DNA of 64,000 bases. Origin: Endomicrobium sp. GTDB lineage: Bacteria > Elusimicrobiota > Endomicrobiia > Endomicrobiales > Endomicrobiaceae. Below the pieces are notes generated by a model. The model ran no database searches. It was not told the DNA's origin and was given only the letters and a program-made list of their open reading frames with translations. Positions 33,279-44,505 of the stretch are shown one piece after another. The translations under genes were made by a program, and so were the position numbers. The stretch covers positions 3,041 to 67,040 of the forward strand of contig JAISUD010000027.1 of assembly GCA_031272265.1 (NCBI GenBank), written 5' to 3'. The first letter of the stretch is position 1; the number at the start of each line of letters is the position of its first letter.

Positions 33279-34523
33279 ATGATTTATAAAGCTCCGCGCG
33301 GTACGCACGATATTTTCGGGGTAAACGCTGCGAAGATGAGTTTGTTAGAGCAAGTGGCAAGAGTTATTTTTAGGAAACGCGGATTTGAGGAAATCAGAAC
33401 TCCGATATTTGAAGATGCCGCTCTTTTTATGCGCTCAATAGGACAGGTGACTGATATTGTAGAAAAAGAAATGTATGTTTTTGAGGATAAAAAGGGCAGA
33501 AAGCTTGCTTTGCGTCCCGAAGCGACCGCGTCTTTGGCAAGAGCTTTTATTGAGAATAGGTTGGGTATTTCAATGCCGGCGGGCAAATTTTTTTATATAG
33601 GAGAAATGTTCCGCTACGAAAGGCCGCAGGCCGGAAGATACAGGCAGTTTCACCAGATAGGCGGTGAATTTTTTGGTGTTTCTTCTCCCGCTGCTGACGC
33701 GGAAATCATTCTGCTCGCCCAAGATTTACTCTACTCTGTTGAGGTAAATGAAATAAGTGCGCATATAAATTCTTTAGGCTGTAAAAATTGCAGACCTGCT
33801 TTAAGAGAAGCGCTGGTTAAGTATTTAGATAGCGGACACGGTTTGTGTGGAGACTGCCTGAGAAGACTTAAAAGGAATCCTTTGAGAGTTCTTGACTGTA
33901 AAATAGATTCACATAAGTTTACTGAAATTCCCCAAATGTCGGATTATTTGTGCAGTGAGTGTAAATGTAGTTTTGATTTGCTGCAGTCTTTACTTGAAAG
34001 TGCCGGGTGTAATTATATTGTAGATAATAGGCTTGTCAGAGGGCTGGATTACTATACAAAAACTGTTTTTGAAATTCGGCAGGATACCGCCGGTTCCCGG
34101 GAAGCTCTTGCGGCAGGAGGAAGATATGATAATCTTGTTGAAGATATTGGAGGACAAAGCACTCCCGCAGTTGGGTTTGCACTGGGTTCTGAAAGAGTCT
34201 TGGCTGCTGCGCAAAAGGCGAAATTTTTCATTAGTTTTCAAGAATCTGAGAAAATTTATATAGCTCTTGCTGATTCCGAACTCTTTAGTGAGGCTTTTTC
34301 TTTTGCGGTAAAAATTGTAAAAAACGGATTGAGAGGCAATAAAAACATTTCTGTTTTCGGCCCTCTTGAAGATAAAAATTTGACAAATCAGCTGAAATTT
34401 GCAGATAAGATAAAGGCCTGCACCGCTGTAATTTTTGCTAAAACTGAATTTGAGAAGGGCAAAGTTTTAGTAAAAAATATGAAAGATAAAACTCAAACAG
34501 AAATTTCTATAAATGAACTATAA
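33279..34523 (+). CDS. hisS: Histidyl-tRNA synthetase
   Basis: PRGTHD, LRPEAT, FRYERPQAGRYRQFHQ, RGLDYY, GGRYD. Confidence 0.97.
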   Translation: MIYKAPRGTHDIFGVNAAKMSLLEQVARVIFRKRGFEEIRTPIFEDAALFMRSIGQVTDIVEKEMYVFEDKKGRKLALRPEATASLARAFIENRLGISMPAGKFFYIGEMFRYERPQAGRYRQFHQIGGEFFGVSSPAADAEIILLAQDLLYSVEVNEISAHINSLGCKNCRPALREALVKYLDSGHGLCGDCLRRLKRNPLRVLDCKIDSHKFTEIPQMSDYLCSECKCSFDLLQSLLESAGCNYIVDNRLVRGLDYYTKTVFEIRQDTAGSREALAAGGRYDNLVEDIGGQSTPAVGFALGSERVLAAAQKAKFFISFQESEKIYIALADSELFSEAFSFAVKIVKNGLRGNKNISVFGPLEDKNLTNQLKFADKIKACTAVIFAKTEFEKGKVLVKNMKDKTQTEISINEL

Positions 34524-34752
34524 AGATAAGCATTAAATTATTAATAATTTAGTTTTATAAATTTACGTTTATTTAGCTACGCTGTATGTTGTGTTCAGCC
34601 GTTCTGTTTGATCTTTATTTTCTAGTCTTATACTAACACCTCGCCCTTTCAACTTTGCAAATGTTAAAATTGAAAAAACCCACTAACGCTTATTACTTTT
34701 TTGTGCTTTATCTTTGTTTAAAAAGCTATTCGTGTGTATAAAAAAGTAAATC

Positions 34753-36126
34753 TTAAATATATTGCGGTAAATATTTTTTTGCAAGATTCAATAACTCGTC
34801 GTGTGACAAAGAAGTAATTCTCCCATCTTTGTAAAGATTATCTATTTCTTCTTTGATTTTTACTATGGAAGGATTGTTTTTCTCTAATTTTTCCTGTGCA
34901 TTCTTAAGTTTTGAGAGCTGTGTATTATACCAATACGCTATTCCCGCAAGGCCGGCTCTGTCGGTAATGGCGACTTCAGGGGGCCTGTTTAAAATAGCAT
35001 TAGTATCAAATGCATTGTATATCTCCTGTTCTTTCAATAATCCGTCAGCGTGTATTCCCGCCTTTGTCATGTTGAAGTTTGCGCCTACAAAAGGCTGGTT
35101 TTGCGGAATATTGTATTTGAGTTCGTTTTTAAAGTATTCTGCTATTTCAGTAATAATGGATAAATCCATTCCGTTTGTCGTTCCTCTTAAAGCGGCGTAT
35201 TCAATAGCAAGAGCCTCTACCGGAGTGTTGCCGGTTCTTTCGCCTATGCCTAAAAGAGTTCCGTTGATTCCGGCGCATCCGTAAAGCCACGCGTTTGTAG
35301 AGTTTGCAAGAGCTCTATAAAAATCGTTGTGTCCGTGCCATTCAATGCACGATGATGGAACTCCCGCATGATGCGTTAGGCCGTATATTATTCCGTTGAT
35401 ATTTCTTGGCAGTGAAGCTCCCGGATAACTTACAGCAAAACCAAGAGTATCGCAAGCCCTTATTTTTATTGGAAGACCGGCTTCTTTGGAAAGCTTCATA
35501 AGTTCAATTGCAAACGGAATAACAAAACCGTAAAAATCCGCTCTTGTAATGTCTTCAAAGTGGCAGCGTGGTATAATGCCTTGTGATAAAGCAGCTTTGA
35601 TTACGTCTAAATACATATCCATAGCTTCTCTGCGCGTTTTCTTTAATTTTAAGAAGATATGGTAGTCTGAACAAGACGTTAAAATGCCTGTTTCTTTAAG
35701 ACCTCTTTCTTTTACGAGTTTAAAATCGCTTTTTGTAGCTCTTATCCACGCGGTAATCTGAGGGAAATCGTAGCCAAGTTCTTTACATTTGTCTACAGCT
35801 TCTCTGTCTTTTTCGGAGTAAAGGAAAAACTCGGACTGCTTTATCATTCCATTCGGTCCACCCAGTTTGTGAAGATATTTGTATAACTGCACTATTTGTT
35901 TTACGGTAAAAGGATCCATTGCCTGCTGTCCGTCGCGGAATGTAGTATCCGTAATCCATATTTGGTCGGGCGGGTTCATAGGAGCGATTTCATTGTTAAA
36001 AGAAATTTTTGGAATTTCTGTGTATGGGAATGTTTCTCTGAAAAGATTAGGACTGTCTACGTCTTGAAGCTCGAAATGATATTCTTCTGTTTCAAGTCTA
36101 TTTGTGCGTTTATTAAGAGTAAGCAT
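34753..36126 (-). CDS. DRE-TIM metallolyase, Re-citrate synthase-like
   Basis: LQDVDSPNLFRE, DTTFRDGQQ, RCHFEDITRAD, HGHND, GIGERTGN. Confidence 0.8.
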   Translation of the reverse strand: MLTLNKRTNRLETEEYHFELQDVDSPNLFRETFPYTEIPKISFNNEIAPMNPPDQIWITDTTFRDGQQAMDPFTVKQIVQLYKYLHKLGGPNGMIKQSEFFLYSEKDREAVDKCKELGYDFPQITAWIRATKSDFKLVKERGLKETGILTSCSDYHIFLKLKKTRREAMDMYLDVIKAALSQGIIPRCHFEDITRADFYGFVIPFAIELMKLSKEAGLPIKIRACDTLGFAVSYPGASLPRNINGIIYGLTHHAGVPSSCIEWHGHNDFYRALANSTNAWLYGCAGINGTLLGIGERTGNTPVEALAIEYAALRGTTNGMDLSIITEIAEYFKNELKYNIPQNQPFVGANFNMTKAGIHADGLLKEQEIYNAFDTNAILNRPPEVAITDRAGLAGIAYWYNTQLSKLKNAQEKLEKNNPSIVKIKEEIDNLYKDGRITSLSHDELLNLAKKYLPQYI

Positions 36127-36297
36127 TTAAATGTCTCCTTAATGTTAATAATAAAAACATAATAGTGTCATAAAGCTGATAGTCGCTAAAAACAATGTTT
36201 GTCCTTAGCCTACATAATCTTACATAATATTTCAGAGATTGTACAAATCGCAAGGCAGGATGCAGTTATCTTGTCGGTTGGAAAATATGAATATAAT

Positions 36298-37485
36298 TTA
36301 GTCTTTTAACACTGCTGCTAGTCTGTCAATGCCATTTTTGATATTTTCAATGGAAGTTGCATAAGAAAGCCTCATGTATCCTTCAGCTCCGAAAGCCGAC
36401 CCCGGAACAACTGCAATTTTGGCTACGTCTAGCAGATAATCTGCAAACTCTATATCTGTATTAATGATTTTGTCGTTAAAAGTTTTTCCTAAAAAATATT
36501 TAATGTTCGGGAAAACATAGAATGCGCCTTCGGGTTTTCTGCACGTCATGCCTTTTATATCGTTAAGTCTTTCTACGATATAATCTCTTCTTTTCTCAAA
36601 TTCTTTCCTCATGGATTCAACGTATTCCTGAGTACCGTTTAACGCTTCTACAGACGCTTTGATTGAAATTGACGAAGCATTTGAAGTTGACTGACTTTGT
36701 ATTTTTGTCATTGCAGAAATGATATTTTTCGGCCCTGCCGCGTAACCTATTCTCCAGCCTGTCATTGAATAAGCTTTTGAAACTCCGTTTACTACAATGG
36801 TAAGTTCTTTTGCCGACGGATGAACTTCTACTATAGAAGTGAACTTAAAATTATCGTACGTAAGTTTTTCATATATGTCGTCTGAAATTATAAGAATCTT
36901 ATTTTTTACGCACACCTCCGCTATTGCTTTCAGTTCTTCAGCATTATATGTCGCGCCTGTAGGGTTTGAGGGGGAATTAACTATAACGGCTTTTGTTTTT
37001 GGCGTCAGGGCTTTTTCCACGTTCTCCGGAGTTATTTTGAAATCTGTTTTGTCGCTTGTTTGGATTATTGTCGGTTTTCCACCTGCAAGTATAACTATAT
37101 CAGTATAAGAAACCCAGAAAGGTGCCGGAATTACAACTTCATCTCCGTCATCAATTATCGCCTGGAAAATATTATAAAGAGAATGTTTAGCACCGTTTGA
37201 AACTATGATTTCTTCAGGAAAATATGCAAGTCCGTTGTCTTTTTTAAGTTTGGCTATAATCGCGTTTTTTAAATCCGGAGTTCCTGCTACGGGACAGTAT
37301 TTTGTGAAACCTGATTTAATCGCCTTAATCGCCGCTTCTTTTATATTTATAGGTGTGTCAAAGTCAGGCTCGCCTGCGCCGAAATTTATAACATCTATTC
37401 CTTGCTGTTTGAGTGCTTTCGCTTTTGCGTCTATTGCCAGCGTCGGCGACGGTTTAATCAATTGGACTCTTTTTGAAATTTGCAT
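36298..37485 (-). CDS. aspC: PLP-dependent class I/II (aspartate) aminotransferase
   Basis: GEPDF, NSPSNPTG, DDIY, SKAYSMTGWRIG. Confidence 0.9.
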   Translation of the reverse strand: MQISKRVQLIKPSPTLAIDAKAKALKQQGIDVINFGAGEPDFDTPINIKEAAIKAIKSGFTKYCPVAGTPDLKNAIIAKLKKDNGLAYFPEEIIVSNGAKHSLYNIFQAIIDDGDEVVIPAPFWVSYTDIVILAGGKPTIIQTSDKTDFKITPENVEKALTPKTKAVIVNSPSNPTGATYNAEELKAIAEVCVKNKILIISDDIYEKLTYDNFKFTSIVEVHPSAKELTIVVNGVSKAYSMTGWRIGYAAGPKNIISAMTKIQSQSTSNASSISIKASVEALNGTQEYVESMRKEFEKRRDYIVERLNDIKGMTCRKPEGAFYVFPNIKYFLGKTFNDKIINTDIEFADYLLDVAKIAVVPGSAFGAEGYMRLSYATSIENIKNGIDRLAAVLKD

Positions 37486-37571
37486 TTTATTTCCTCTTTT
37501 ATGTCTTTACTTTGCAAGAAAACACTTTTTATATCACGCACTTTGTAATCAAATGTTTTAAAATGCTTTAT

Positions 37572-37600
37572 TTGACAAGCACTTTCAGATTTTGTATTTT
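37572..37600 (+). promoter_or_regulatory. Sigma70 promoter for rplU
   Basis: TTGACA-17 nt-TATTTT, then AAGGAG RBS. Confidence 0.55.
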
Positions 37601-37624
37601 ATATAAGTTAAAGGAGTATGTCAA

Positions 37625-37939
37625 ATGTATGCAATTATTAAAACGGGCGGAAAGCAGTACAAAGTAGAAGAAGGTGCTAGTTTAATAGTGGAAAAACTTA
37701 ATAAAGCTCAAAAGGATCAGGAGATTGTTCTTAAAGAAGTTCTTTTGCTTTCAAGCGACGAAAGTGTGGTAATTGGAGACCCTTTAGTTGAAGGGGTGAG
37801 CGTGACGGCAAAAGTCGTTTCTCAGAGAAGAGCTCCTAAAATTTTAGTATTTAAAAAGAAACCTAAAAAAGGATATAGGAAACTTCAAGGGCACCGCCAG
37901 TATTTGACAGAGTTGAAAATTACGAAAATTAATGTTTAA
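37625..37939 (+). CDS. rplU: 50S ribosomal protein L21
   Basis: [18 protein letters not shown]. Confidence 0.97.
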   Translation: MYAIIKTGGKQYKVEEGASLIVEKLNKAQKDQEIVLKEVLLLSSDESVVIGDPLVEGVSVTAKVVSQRRAPKILVFKKKPKKGYRKLQGHRQYLTELKITKINV

Positions 37940-37962
37940 AAAATCTATTAGGAGACGTAGAA

Positions 37963-38211
37963 ATGGCACACGTCAAAGCACAAAGCTCGTCTACTAACGG
38001 GCGGGATTCACGAGGGCAAAGGTTAGGCGTGAAAATCTATGGCAATCAAAAAGCCTCTGCAGGCGCTGTTATAGTGCGTCAAAGAGGAACAAAATATCAT
38101 CCCGGACTGAATGTGGGAATCGGTAAAGACGACACTATTTTTGCAAAAATCGCGGGTAGAGTTAAATTTATCAGGAAGTCCGGTGGCAGATGTTATGTTA
38201 ATATAGAGTAG
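37963..38211 (+). CDS. rpmA: 50S ribosomal protein L27
   Basis: [20 protein letters not shown]. Confidence 0.97.
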   Translation: MAHVKAQSSSTNGRDSRGQRLGVKIYGNQKASAGAVIVRQRGTKYHPGLNVGIGKDDTIFAKIAGRVKFIRKSGGRCYVNIE

Positions 38212-38236
38212 TAAAATCCAAAGTTATATCGCGTAA

Positions 38237-39496
38237 ATGTTTATAGATAAAGTCAGTATTTCTCTTACAGCCGGGCATGGAGGCGATGGGTGTATTTCTT
38301 TTAGGAGGGAAAAATACGTTCCTTGTGGGGGGCCCGACGGGGGCAATGGCGGTAAAGGTGGTGATATCTATTTTGAATGCGATATGCATAAAACTACTCT
38401 TTTAGATCTATCTTATACACCTAAATTTAAAGCAGAAGATGGGCGAAAAGGTCTGTCAAATAACAAGTTTGGGAAAACAGGCGAGGATTTGACGCTGAAA
38501 ATTCCTTTAGGTACCTTGGTTTTTAAAAATGGAGAATTTTTTGCAGATTTGAAAACAGCGGGAGAGAAAATTTTAATCGTCAAAGGTGGTAAAGGAGGGA
38601 GGGGCAATGCTTCTTTTAAGACAAGGAAATATACAGTACCTAGGATATCCGAAAAAGGTGCGCCTGGCGAAGCTGCAGAGGTAAATCTTGAGCTTATTTT
38701 AATTGCGGATGTTGGATTTGTAGGCTTTCCTAATTGCGGAAAATCTACTCTTTTATCGCGGATTTCGGCTGCGAAACCTAAAATTGCAGATTATCCTTTT
38801 ACAACTTTGACCCCTAATTTAGGCGTTGTTGATTATGAGGGCAAGAATTTTGTAGTTGCCGATATTCCGGGAATAATTGAGGGAGCTCATAAAGGCAAAG
38901 GACTTGGATTTGAGTTTTTAAGACATATAAGACGTACAAGTATTCTTGTGCATATTATAGACGCAAGCGGTAGCGACGGCGCTGACCCTTACGATAATTA
39001 TAAAATAATTAATAACGAATTAAAAAAATATTCAAAATATCTCATAAAAAAACATATCATAATAGCTTTAAACAAGATTGATTTGCCGGATTCTCAAAAG
39101 CATATCAAGGCATTCAAAAAACATTTGAAAAACAAAAAATTATTTGAACTTTCTGCCGTGACGGGAAAGGGCGTCGGCGGATTGCTCAAAGAGACGTTAA
39201 AAATGCTTGAAAAGCCTCTTGCTTTTAATCCGGAAGAAGAGACAGAGAGGACTTCTGTTAGGAAATACATCTATAAGCCTGAATTCCGCGTGGTTATTGA
39301 AGACGGTGTTTTTGTAGTTAGTGGCGACAAAATTGAAATGTTTACTCATATGACGAAGTTCAGCGAGGATGAGGCATTGAGACGTTATCAAAATATAGTT
39401 AGAAAAATGGGTTTAGAAACTGAGCTTGAAAAAATGGGCGCCAAATCCGGCGATACCGTCAGAATTGGCAGTTTTGAATTTATCTTTGAAAAATGA
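38237..39496 (+). CDS. obgE: GTPase ObgE with C-terminal domain
   Basis: Gly-rich Obg domain, GFPNCGKST, DYPFTT, DIPG, NKID. Confidence 0.97.
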   Translation: MFIDKVSISLTAGHGGDGCISFRREKYVPCGGPDGGNGGKGGDIYFECDMHKTTLLDLSYTPKFKAEDGRKGLSNNKFGKTGEDLTLKIPLGTLVFKNGEFFADLKTAGEKILIVKGGKGGRGNASFKTRKYTVPRISEKGAPGEAAEVNLELILIADVGFVGFPNCGKSTLLSRISAAKPKIADYPFTTLTPNLGVVDYEGKNFVVADIPGIIEGAHKGKGLGFEFLRHIRRTSILVHIIDASGSDGADPYDNYKIINNELKKYSKYLIKKHIIIALNKIDLPDSQKHIKAFKKHLKNKKLFELSAVTGKGVGGLLKETLKMLEKPLAFNPEEETERTSVRKYIYKPEFRVVIEDGVFVVSGDKIEMFTHMTKFSEDEALRRYQNIVRKMGLETELEKMGAKSGDTVRIGSFEFIFEK

Positions 39497-39576
39497 ATTT
39501 TATATTCTCTCTTTCTATTTTTGCTGAAAAGAATTATTTTTGGAATCACATATAAGCGTTATATACTTAATTGTAA

Positions 39577-39605
39577 ATTTGAATGCCAGTTGTTGGTATT
39601 TCAAA
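39577..39605. terminator. Hairpin between convergent obgE and ftsB-like genes
   Basis: ATTTGAATGCCA-GTTGT-TGGTATTTCAAAT. Confidence 0.35.
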
Positions 39606-39619
39606 TAAAGTAGAAACTA

Positions 39620-39895
39620 TTATTTTTTAGTTGAGAATCTGTATTCTATTTCTCCCGGAGCTATAACGTTTAGTTCGCTGCGCACCATTCTTTCCAGATA
39701 GGACGCCTCATTTTCCAGATAGTATATTCTCTCTTTTAGTAAATTGTTTTGCTCTTGAGCGCTTTTTATATTTTCGTTTAATTTTCTTTGTTCCAAGATA
39801 CGTCTTACAAGAGTTCTATTGCCTTCGTTAAAAGCTAAAATTAGTAAGATGACGGTGAGAATAATGTAACGGATTTTAATTTTAATCTTTTTCAC
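39620..39895 (-). CDS. Septum formation initiator (FtsB/DivIC family)
   Basis: TM, coiled coil, YLERMVRSELNVIAPGE. Confidence 0.8.
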   Translation of the reverse strand: MKKIKIKIRYIILTVILLILAFNEGNRTLVRRILEQRKLNENIKSAQEQNNLLKERIYYLENEASYLERMVRSELNVIAPGEIEYRFSTKK

Positions 39896-40011
39896 TGTAT
39901 ATTTGTAATATAATCGTTTGAAGTCTTTCTATTATTCTTAAAAGTTTTATTATTTGAAAACGGCAATCAGTTGTAAATATGAAAATGGCGCTGCCAAAAT
40001 TTACGAAAAAG

Positions 40012-40437
40012 TTATTTAGAGGCGAGCATTTCAAAGAACTTAACAGAAAACTTTTTGGCAAGTAAGCTGTTATTTGAAATTATTTCAACTTTTACATTAC
40101 CGTTTTTCATATCGGTTATGAAAATGCCTAATTCAGTTGAATTTAAACAACAATCAAAAATATTTGCAAAATTGTAGGCGATTATATATCCGCTTCTAAA
40201 ATCTTTATGTCTGACTTTTGCTTTAAGATTTTTTATTATGTCTAAAATTTTATCAAAACAAACTACTTTCGGTATTTTAAAAACAGAGCTGAATCTTCCA
40301 ATCTTTTCATTTTCAAATTTTTTAATGGAAAAACCTAGCGCGCGGTTTGGATAATCTAAAAGATAATTTAAAATTGAACATCCCGTTAAAAATGAAGCTG
40401 ACGCTCCTAACATTAATATAAATAAGAATTGTCTCAT
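40012..40437 (-). CDS. Hypothetical lipoprotein
   Basis: MRQFLFILMLGASASFLTGC lipobox. Confidence 0.65.
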   Translation of the reverse strand: MRQFLFILMLGASASFLTGCSILNYLLDYPNRALGFSIKKFENEKIGRFSSVFKIPKVVCFDKILDIIKNLKAKVRHKDFRSGYIIAYNFANIFDCCLNSTELGIFITDMKNGNVKVEIISNNSLLAKKFSVKFFEMLASK

Positions 40438-40932
40438 AGTTTTGAAATTATAACAAATCGTATTTATCAAGTAAACTGAAAACGTATAAGGCGCCATATG
40501 AAAGAACATAAAAGCAAGCTTAAATGAAAATTGTTATAAGCTTCCGCCTAAAATGATTTTCTGCTTAAACTGATTTCTTTTTTTTGTTTTGGTGTTGGAT
40601 TTTTCCAGACTAAAATAAATAAAACGTTTTTCTCGGCGCTTATCCGTCGTAAACGTTTTGCCTTAAGCTGTTTCTTATTAAAATAGAACCGTTTTATATT
40701 TGTTTAAAGCGTAATATTTAATTATAATAACATCATAAAACAGCTTATGGACATTCTTTAATTTTGTCAGAATAGCATAATCGTCTGAAATTTGTTAGTG
40801 TATGGCGTATTAATTATCTGCGTTTGTCGTGTATTAAGAAAAGTTTTAAGCGTATATAGCGACAGGATAACGTTTATTTGGTAATGCTTGCCCTTTTTGG
40901 CTTTAATTTTAAAACAGGCAGTAATATCGGTA

Positions 40933-41850
40933 ATGAATGAAATTATTGAAGAACTGAATCGTTTGAAAAAGGAAAAAAATGCTGTAATTTTAGCTCACGT
41001 CTATCAGTTGCCTGAGATTCACGATATAGCAGATTTTGTAGGCGATTCTTTAGATTTAAGCAGAAAGGCCGTCCAGATAGAAGCGGACGTAATTGTTTTC
41101 TGCGGTGTGTATTTTATGGCGGAAATTGCGTCAATATTAAATCCCGAGAAAAAGGTTTTGATTCCGGACATGGACGCTGATTGTCCTATGGCGGATATGA
41201 TAACAGCTGAAAAATTAAAAGAGTTCAAATCGCGTTATAGAAATCCTGTAGTGGTAGCTTATGTAAATACTTCTGCCGCGGTAAAAGCCGAGAGTGATAT
41301 ATGCTGCACGTCTTCAAACGCGATAAACGTCGTAAGAAGTATTGAAGGTGCAGGCGATATAATTTTTGTTCCTGATAGAAATTTAGGCAGTTACGTTCAG
41401 AGAGTATCGGGCGTGGAAATGGGTGTCTGGAGTGGGTTTTGTCCTACGCATAACAATTTTATTCTGCCGGAATATATCTTGGAGATTAAAAAAGAACATC
41501 CTTGTGCTGAAGTTTTGGTACACCCTGAGTGCCGCCCACAGGTTATATCTTTGGCGGATCGCGTTATGTCAACAGGAGCTATGTGCAAACATGTTAAAAA
41601 AAGCGCGGCAAAAGATTTTATTATAGGAACGGAGAACGGAATTTTATATAAGCTTAAAAAAGATAATCCGGGTAAAAATTTTTATCCCGTGTCAAATCTT
41701 GCAATATGTCCTAATATGAAAAAAATCACGCTGGCAAAAGTGGTAGATGCACTTGCAAATATGAAAAGTTTAATTTCTGTGGCGGAAGATATAAGAGAGA
41801 GAGCTTCCCATCCGATTTTAAAAATGTTAAAAATTAATATGCAAAATTGA
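40933..41850 (+). CDS. nadA: Quinolinate synthase
   Basis: ILAHVYQ, GDSLDL, FCGVYFMAE, CPMA, HPEC, CPNMKK. Confidence 0.95.
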   Translation: MNEIIEELNRLKKEKNAVILAHVYQLPEIHDIADFVGDSLDLSRKAVQIEADVIVFCGVYFMAEIASILNPEKKVLIPDMDADCPMADMITAEKLKEFKSRYRNPVVVAYVNTSAAVKAESDICCTSSNAINVVRSIEGAGDIIFVPDRNLGSYVQRVSGVEMGVWSGFCPTHNNFILPEYILEIKKEHPCAEVLVHPECRPQVISLADRVMSTGAMCKHVKKSAAKDFIIGTENGILYKLKKDNPGKNFYPVSNLAICPNMKKITLAKVVDALANMKSLISVAEDIRERASHPILKMLKINMQN

Positions 41851-42038
41851 AGAATTCTGTTTTTATAGTTTTGATTTAGTTGCACTTATTTGAAGTGGTT
41901 AATGTTATTATGCGACCACGAGCGCAGCGCGTGTTTTAAATAAAAAATTATGTTAGATATAATAACGAGGATATTTAGATATATAAGTATAAGCATTTTA
42001 TGAATTTTTCCGCCTTTACTGTTTTAGTATGAATTTTT

Positions 42039-44432
42039 TCACAGAGTTTTTATATACGCGGCGGCTTCCATAGCGTCTTTAGCGTAAGCATCTGCTTTGA
42101 TTTCTTTTGCAAACTTTTCTGTTACCGCGGCGCCGCCTATGATAATCTTTGCAGAAATATTATTAGTATTTTTTAATTTTATAATTGTTTCCATTTCAGG
42201 CATTGTAGTTGTCATAAGAGCTGAAAGTCCAATTGCGATAGGATTGATTTCCTGAGCCTTGTATATTATTGCTTGAGAATCAACATTTATACCCATGTCT
42301 ATTACGTCAAATCCGTAACTTTCAAGTACGGCGCCTACTATGTTTTTGCCTATATCGTGCATGTCACCTTTGACGGTAGCCATTATAACTTTCCTTGTGG
42401 AAGATGCCGTTTCTTTTTTTAGAATAGTCTTTACTACGGCAAAAGCTCTCTGAGCGGCTTGCGCAGACATGATTATCTGCGGTAAAAAATATTCCTTTGC
42501 GGCAAACCTTTCTCCAACTATATTCAGTGCTTTTAAAACGTTGTCATTTACCGTTTTAAAAGGATCGGAGTCGATGGAGATAATCTGGTCTAAAATGCCG
42601 GTTATAGACTCTTTATTTCCGTTTATGACTGCAAGATAAAGTTGTTCGTCTAAAGAAAGTTTTTTTACTTCGGTTTTTGGAGTTTGTTTTTTAAAGGAAG
42701 CGAAAACACTCATGTATTTAGCAGCGCCTTTATCTTTATTTTCAAGCAGGTTTTTGGCGAAAGGATCGTCAATTTCCCATTTTTCATAAGGGTTTGCAAT
42801 TGCGAAATCAAGTCCCGCGTCTACAGCCATTTTCAAGAAAGTTGAGTTGATTGTTTGTCTTGAAGGAAGTCCGAAAGAAACGTTTGAAATGCCTAACACA
42901 AGCTTGCAGTCGGGATATATTTTTTTAGATTCTCTCATTGCTTTTAACGTTTCTTGTATTTGCTCGGGCGAAGAACTGACGGATAAAACGAGATAGTCAA
43001 AGATAATGTTTTTTCTTTCAAGTCCGCAGCAGTCAGCGGAATTTAAAATCTTTTCAGCTATTTTTAATCTTCCCTGAGCTGTCTTAGGTATTCCCTTGTC
43101 ATCCGTTGTCAGAGCAATAAGAGCTGTGCCGTAGCGTTTTGCAATAGGCAATATGACGTTAAGTTTTGCTTGTTCGCCGTTTACGGAATTTATGATAGGC
43201 CTGCCGGTGCAGTTTTTAACTGCCTGTTCTAAAGCCTTTGGATTGCTTGAATCTATGCATAAAGGAACTGAAACTATTTCTTGCAACTGGTTTACGGCGT
43301 TTACAAGAAGTTTTATTTCGTCAGTTCCCGGAACGCCCATATTTACGTCTAAAATATTTGCGCCATAGCGGGTTTGAGAACGCGCCTCGTCTTTTATAGT
43401 TGACAAATTGCCCATAATCAGTTCTTCTTGAAACTTTTTTCTGTTGGTCGGATTTATTCTTTCGCCGATTAATGTAGGTCTTTTAATTTCATTTATATCT
43501 ACGGCTTTTGTTCTCGTTGAGAGAAAGTATTTATTTTTAATATTGCGTATTATCGGCGCTTTGTTTTTCAATTTATTGGAGAGAGACTTTATAAATTCGG
43601 GGTTTGTTCCACAGCACCCTCCCAGCATATTAGCGCCGTAAGAATAAGCTTTTAAACTCGCTTCGGTGAATTCTTCCTTTGTTTCTAAAAATTTCGTCTC
43701 GCGGTTGATTAATTCGGGAATTCCTGCGTTAGGTTTAAAAGATATTGGCAGACTTGTGTTTTCGCACAGGACTTTTGTAAGTGCCGCTAAATCCTTAGAC
43801 CCCACAGAGCAGTTCAATCCCAACGCGTCAACCCCCATACTTTCTGCCATTGCGATAAAACTTTTTAAATCTGTTCCCGTAACTGTTGTACCCTCTTTAG
43901 AAAAAGTCATGCTGACGATAATCGCTCCTTTAAAGTTATCTTTTGTCGCGAGAATTGCCGCTTTTGTTTCTTTTATTTCAGTCATTGTCTCAATGATTAC
44001 AACGTCCGCTCTGTATTTCTGCATTAAAGACGACTGAACTGCAAAAGTTTCATAAGCCTCGTCAAAAGATAATGCGCCTAACGGTTCAATATATTCGCTT
44101 GTTGAAGAGATATCGCCTGCAACGATAGTATGTGGAGAAATTTCTCTTATTAAATCAATTCCTGATTTTATTATATCTTCGGCTTTATCTAAAAGTCCAT
44201 GCTGTTTTAATACTATGGAATTTGCTCCGAACGTGTTCGTTAGGACTATATCTGCCCCCGCGTTTATATAAGAAGAGTATATTTCAGAAACTCTTTCAGG
44301 GAATTTGATATTCAATTCTTCAGGAATCGTAACGCCCTCAAGATATTTCTTCTTTTGCAGTTCTGTCCCCATTGCTCCGCTCATTATCAATACGCGGTTT
44401 TTAAGCATGTTCAAAAAGTCTGATTTATTCAT
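42039..44432 (-). CDS. metH: B12-dependent methionine synthase lacking the reactivation domain
   Basis: GAMGT, GGCCGT, IGERINPT pterin domain, GDMHDIGKN cobalamin-binding motif. Confidence 0.9.
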   Translation of the reverse strand: MNKSDFLNMLKNRVLIMSGAMGTELQKKKYLEGVTIPEELNIKFPERVSEIYSSYINAGADIVLTNTFGANSIVLKQHGLLDKAEDIIKSGIDLIREISPHTIVAGDISSTSEYIEPLGALSFDEAYETFAVQSSLMQKYRADVVIIETMTEIKETKAAILATKDNFKGAIIVSMTFSKEGTTVTGTDLKSFIAMAESMGVDALGLNCSVGSKDLAALTKVLCENTSLPISFKPNAGIPELINRETKFLETKEEFTEASLKAYSYGANMLGGCCGTNPEFIKSLSNKLKNKAPIIRNIKNKYFLSTRTKAVDINEIKRPTLIGERINPTNRKKFQEELIMGNLSTIKDEARSQTRYGANILDVNMGVPGTDEIKLLVNAVNQLQEIVSVPLCIDSSNPKALEQAVKNCTGRPIINSVNGEQAKLNVILPIAKRYGTALIALTTDDKGIPKTAQGRLKIAEKILNSADCCGLERKNIIFDYLVLSVSSSPEQIQETLKAMRESKKIYPDCKLVLGISNVSFGLPSRQTINSTFLKMAVDAGLDFAIANPYEKWEIDDPFAKNLLENKDKGAAKYMSVFASFKKQTPKTEVKKLSLDEQLYLAVINGNKESITGILDQIISIDSDPFKTVNDNVLKALNIVGERFAAKEYFLPQIIMSAQAAQRAFAVVKTILKKETASSTRKVIMATVKGDMHDIGKNIVGAVLESYGFDVIDMGINVDSQAIIYKAQEINPIAIGLSALMTTTMPEMETIIKLKNTNNISAKIIIGGAAVTEKFAKEIKADAYAKDAMEAAAYIKTL

Positions 44433-44505
44433 TTAATATCCTAATTTACGCATACTCGTTTATCGTATGTGAAATTTTCTGCGTGGTTTAATTTGCTTTT
44501 TAAAT

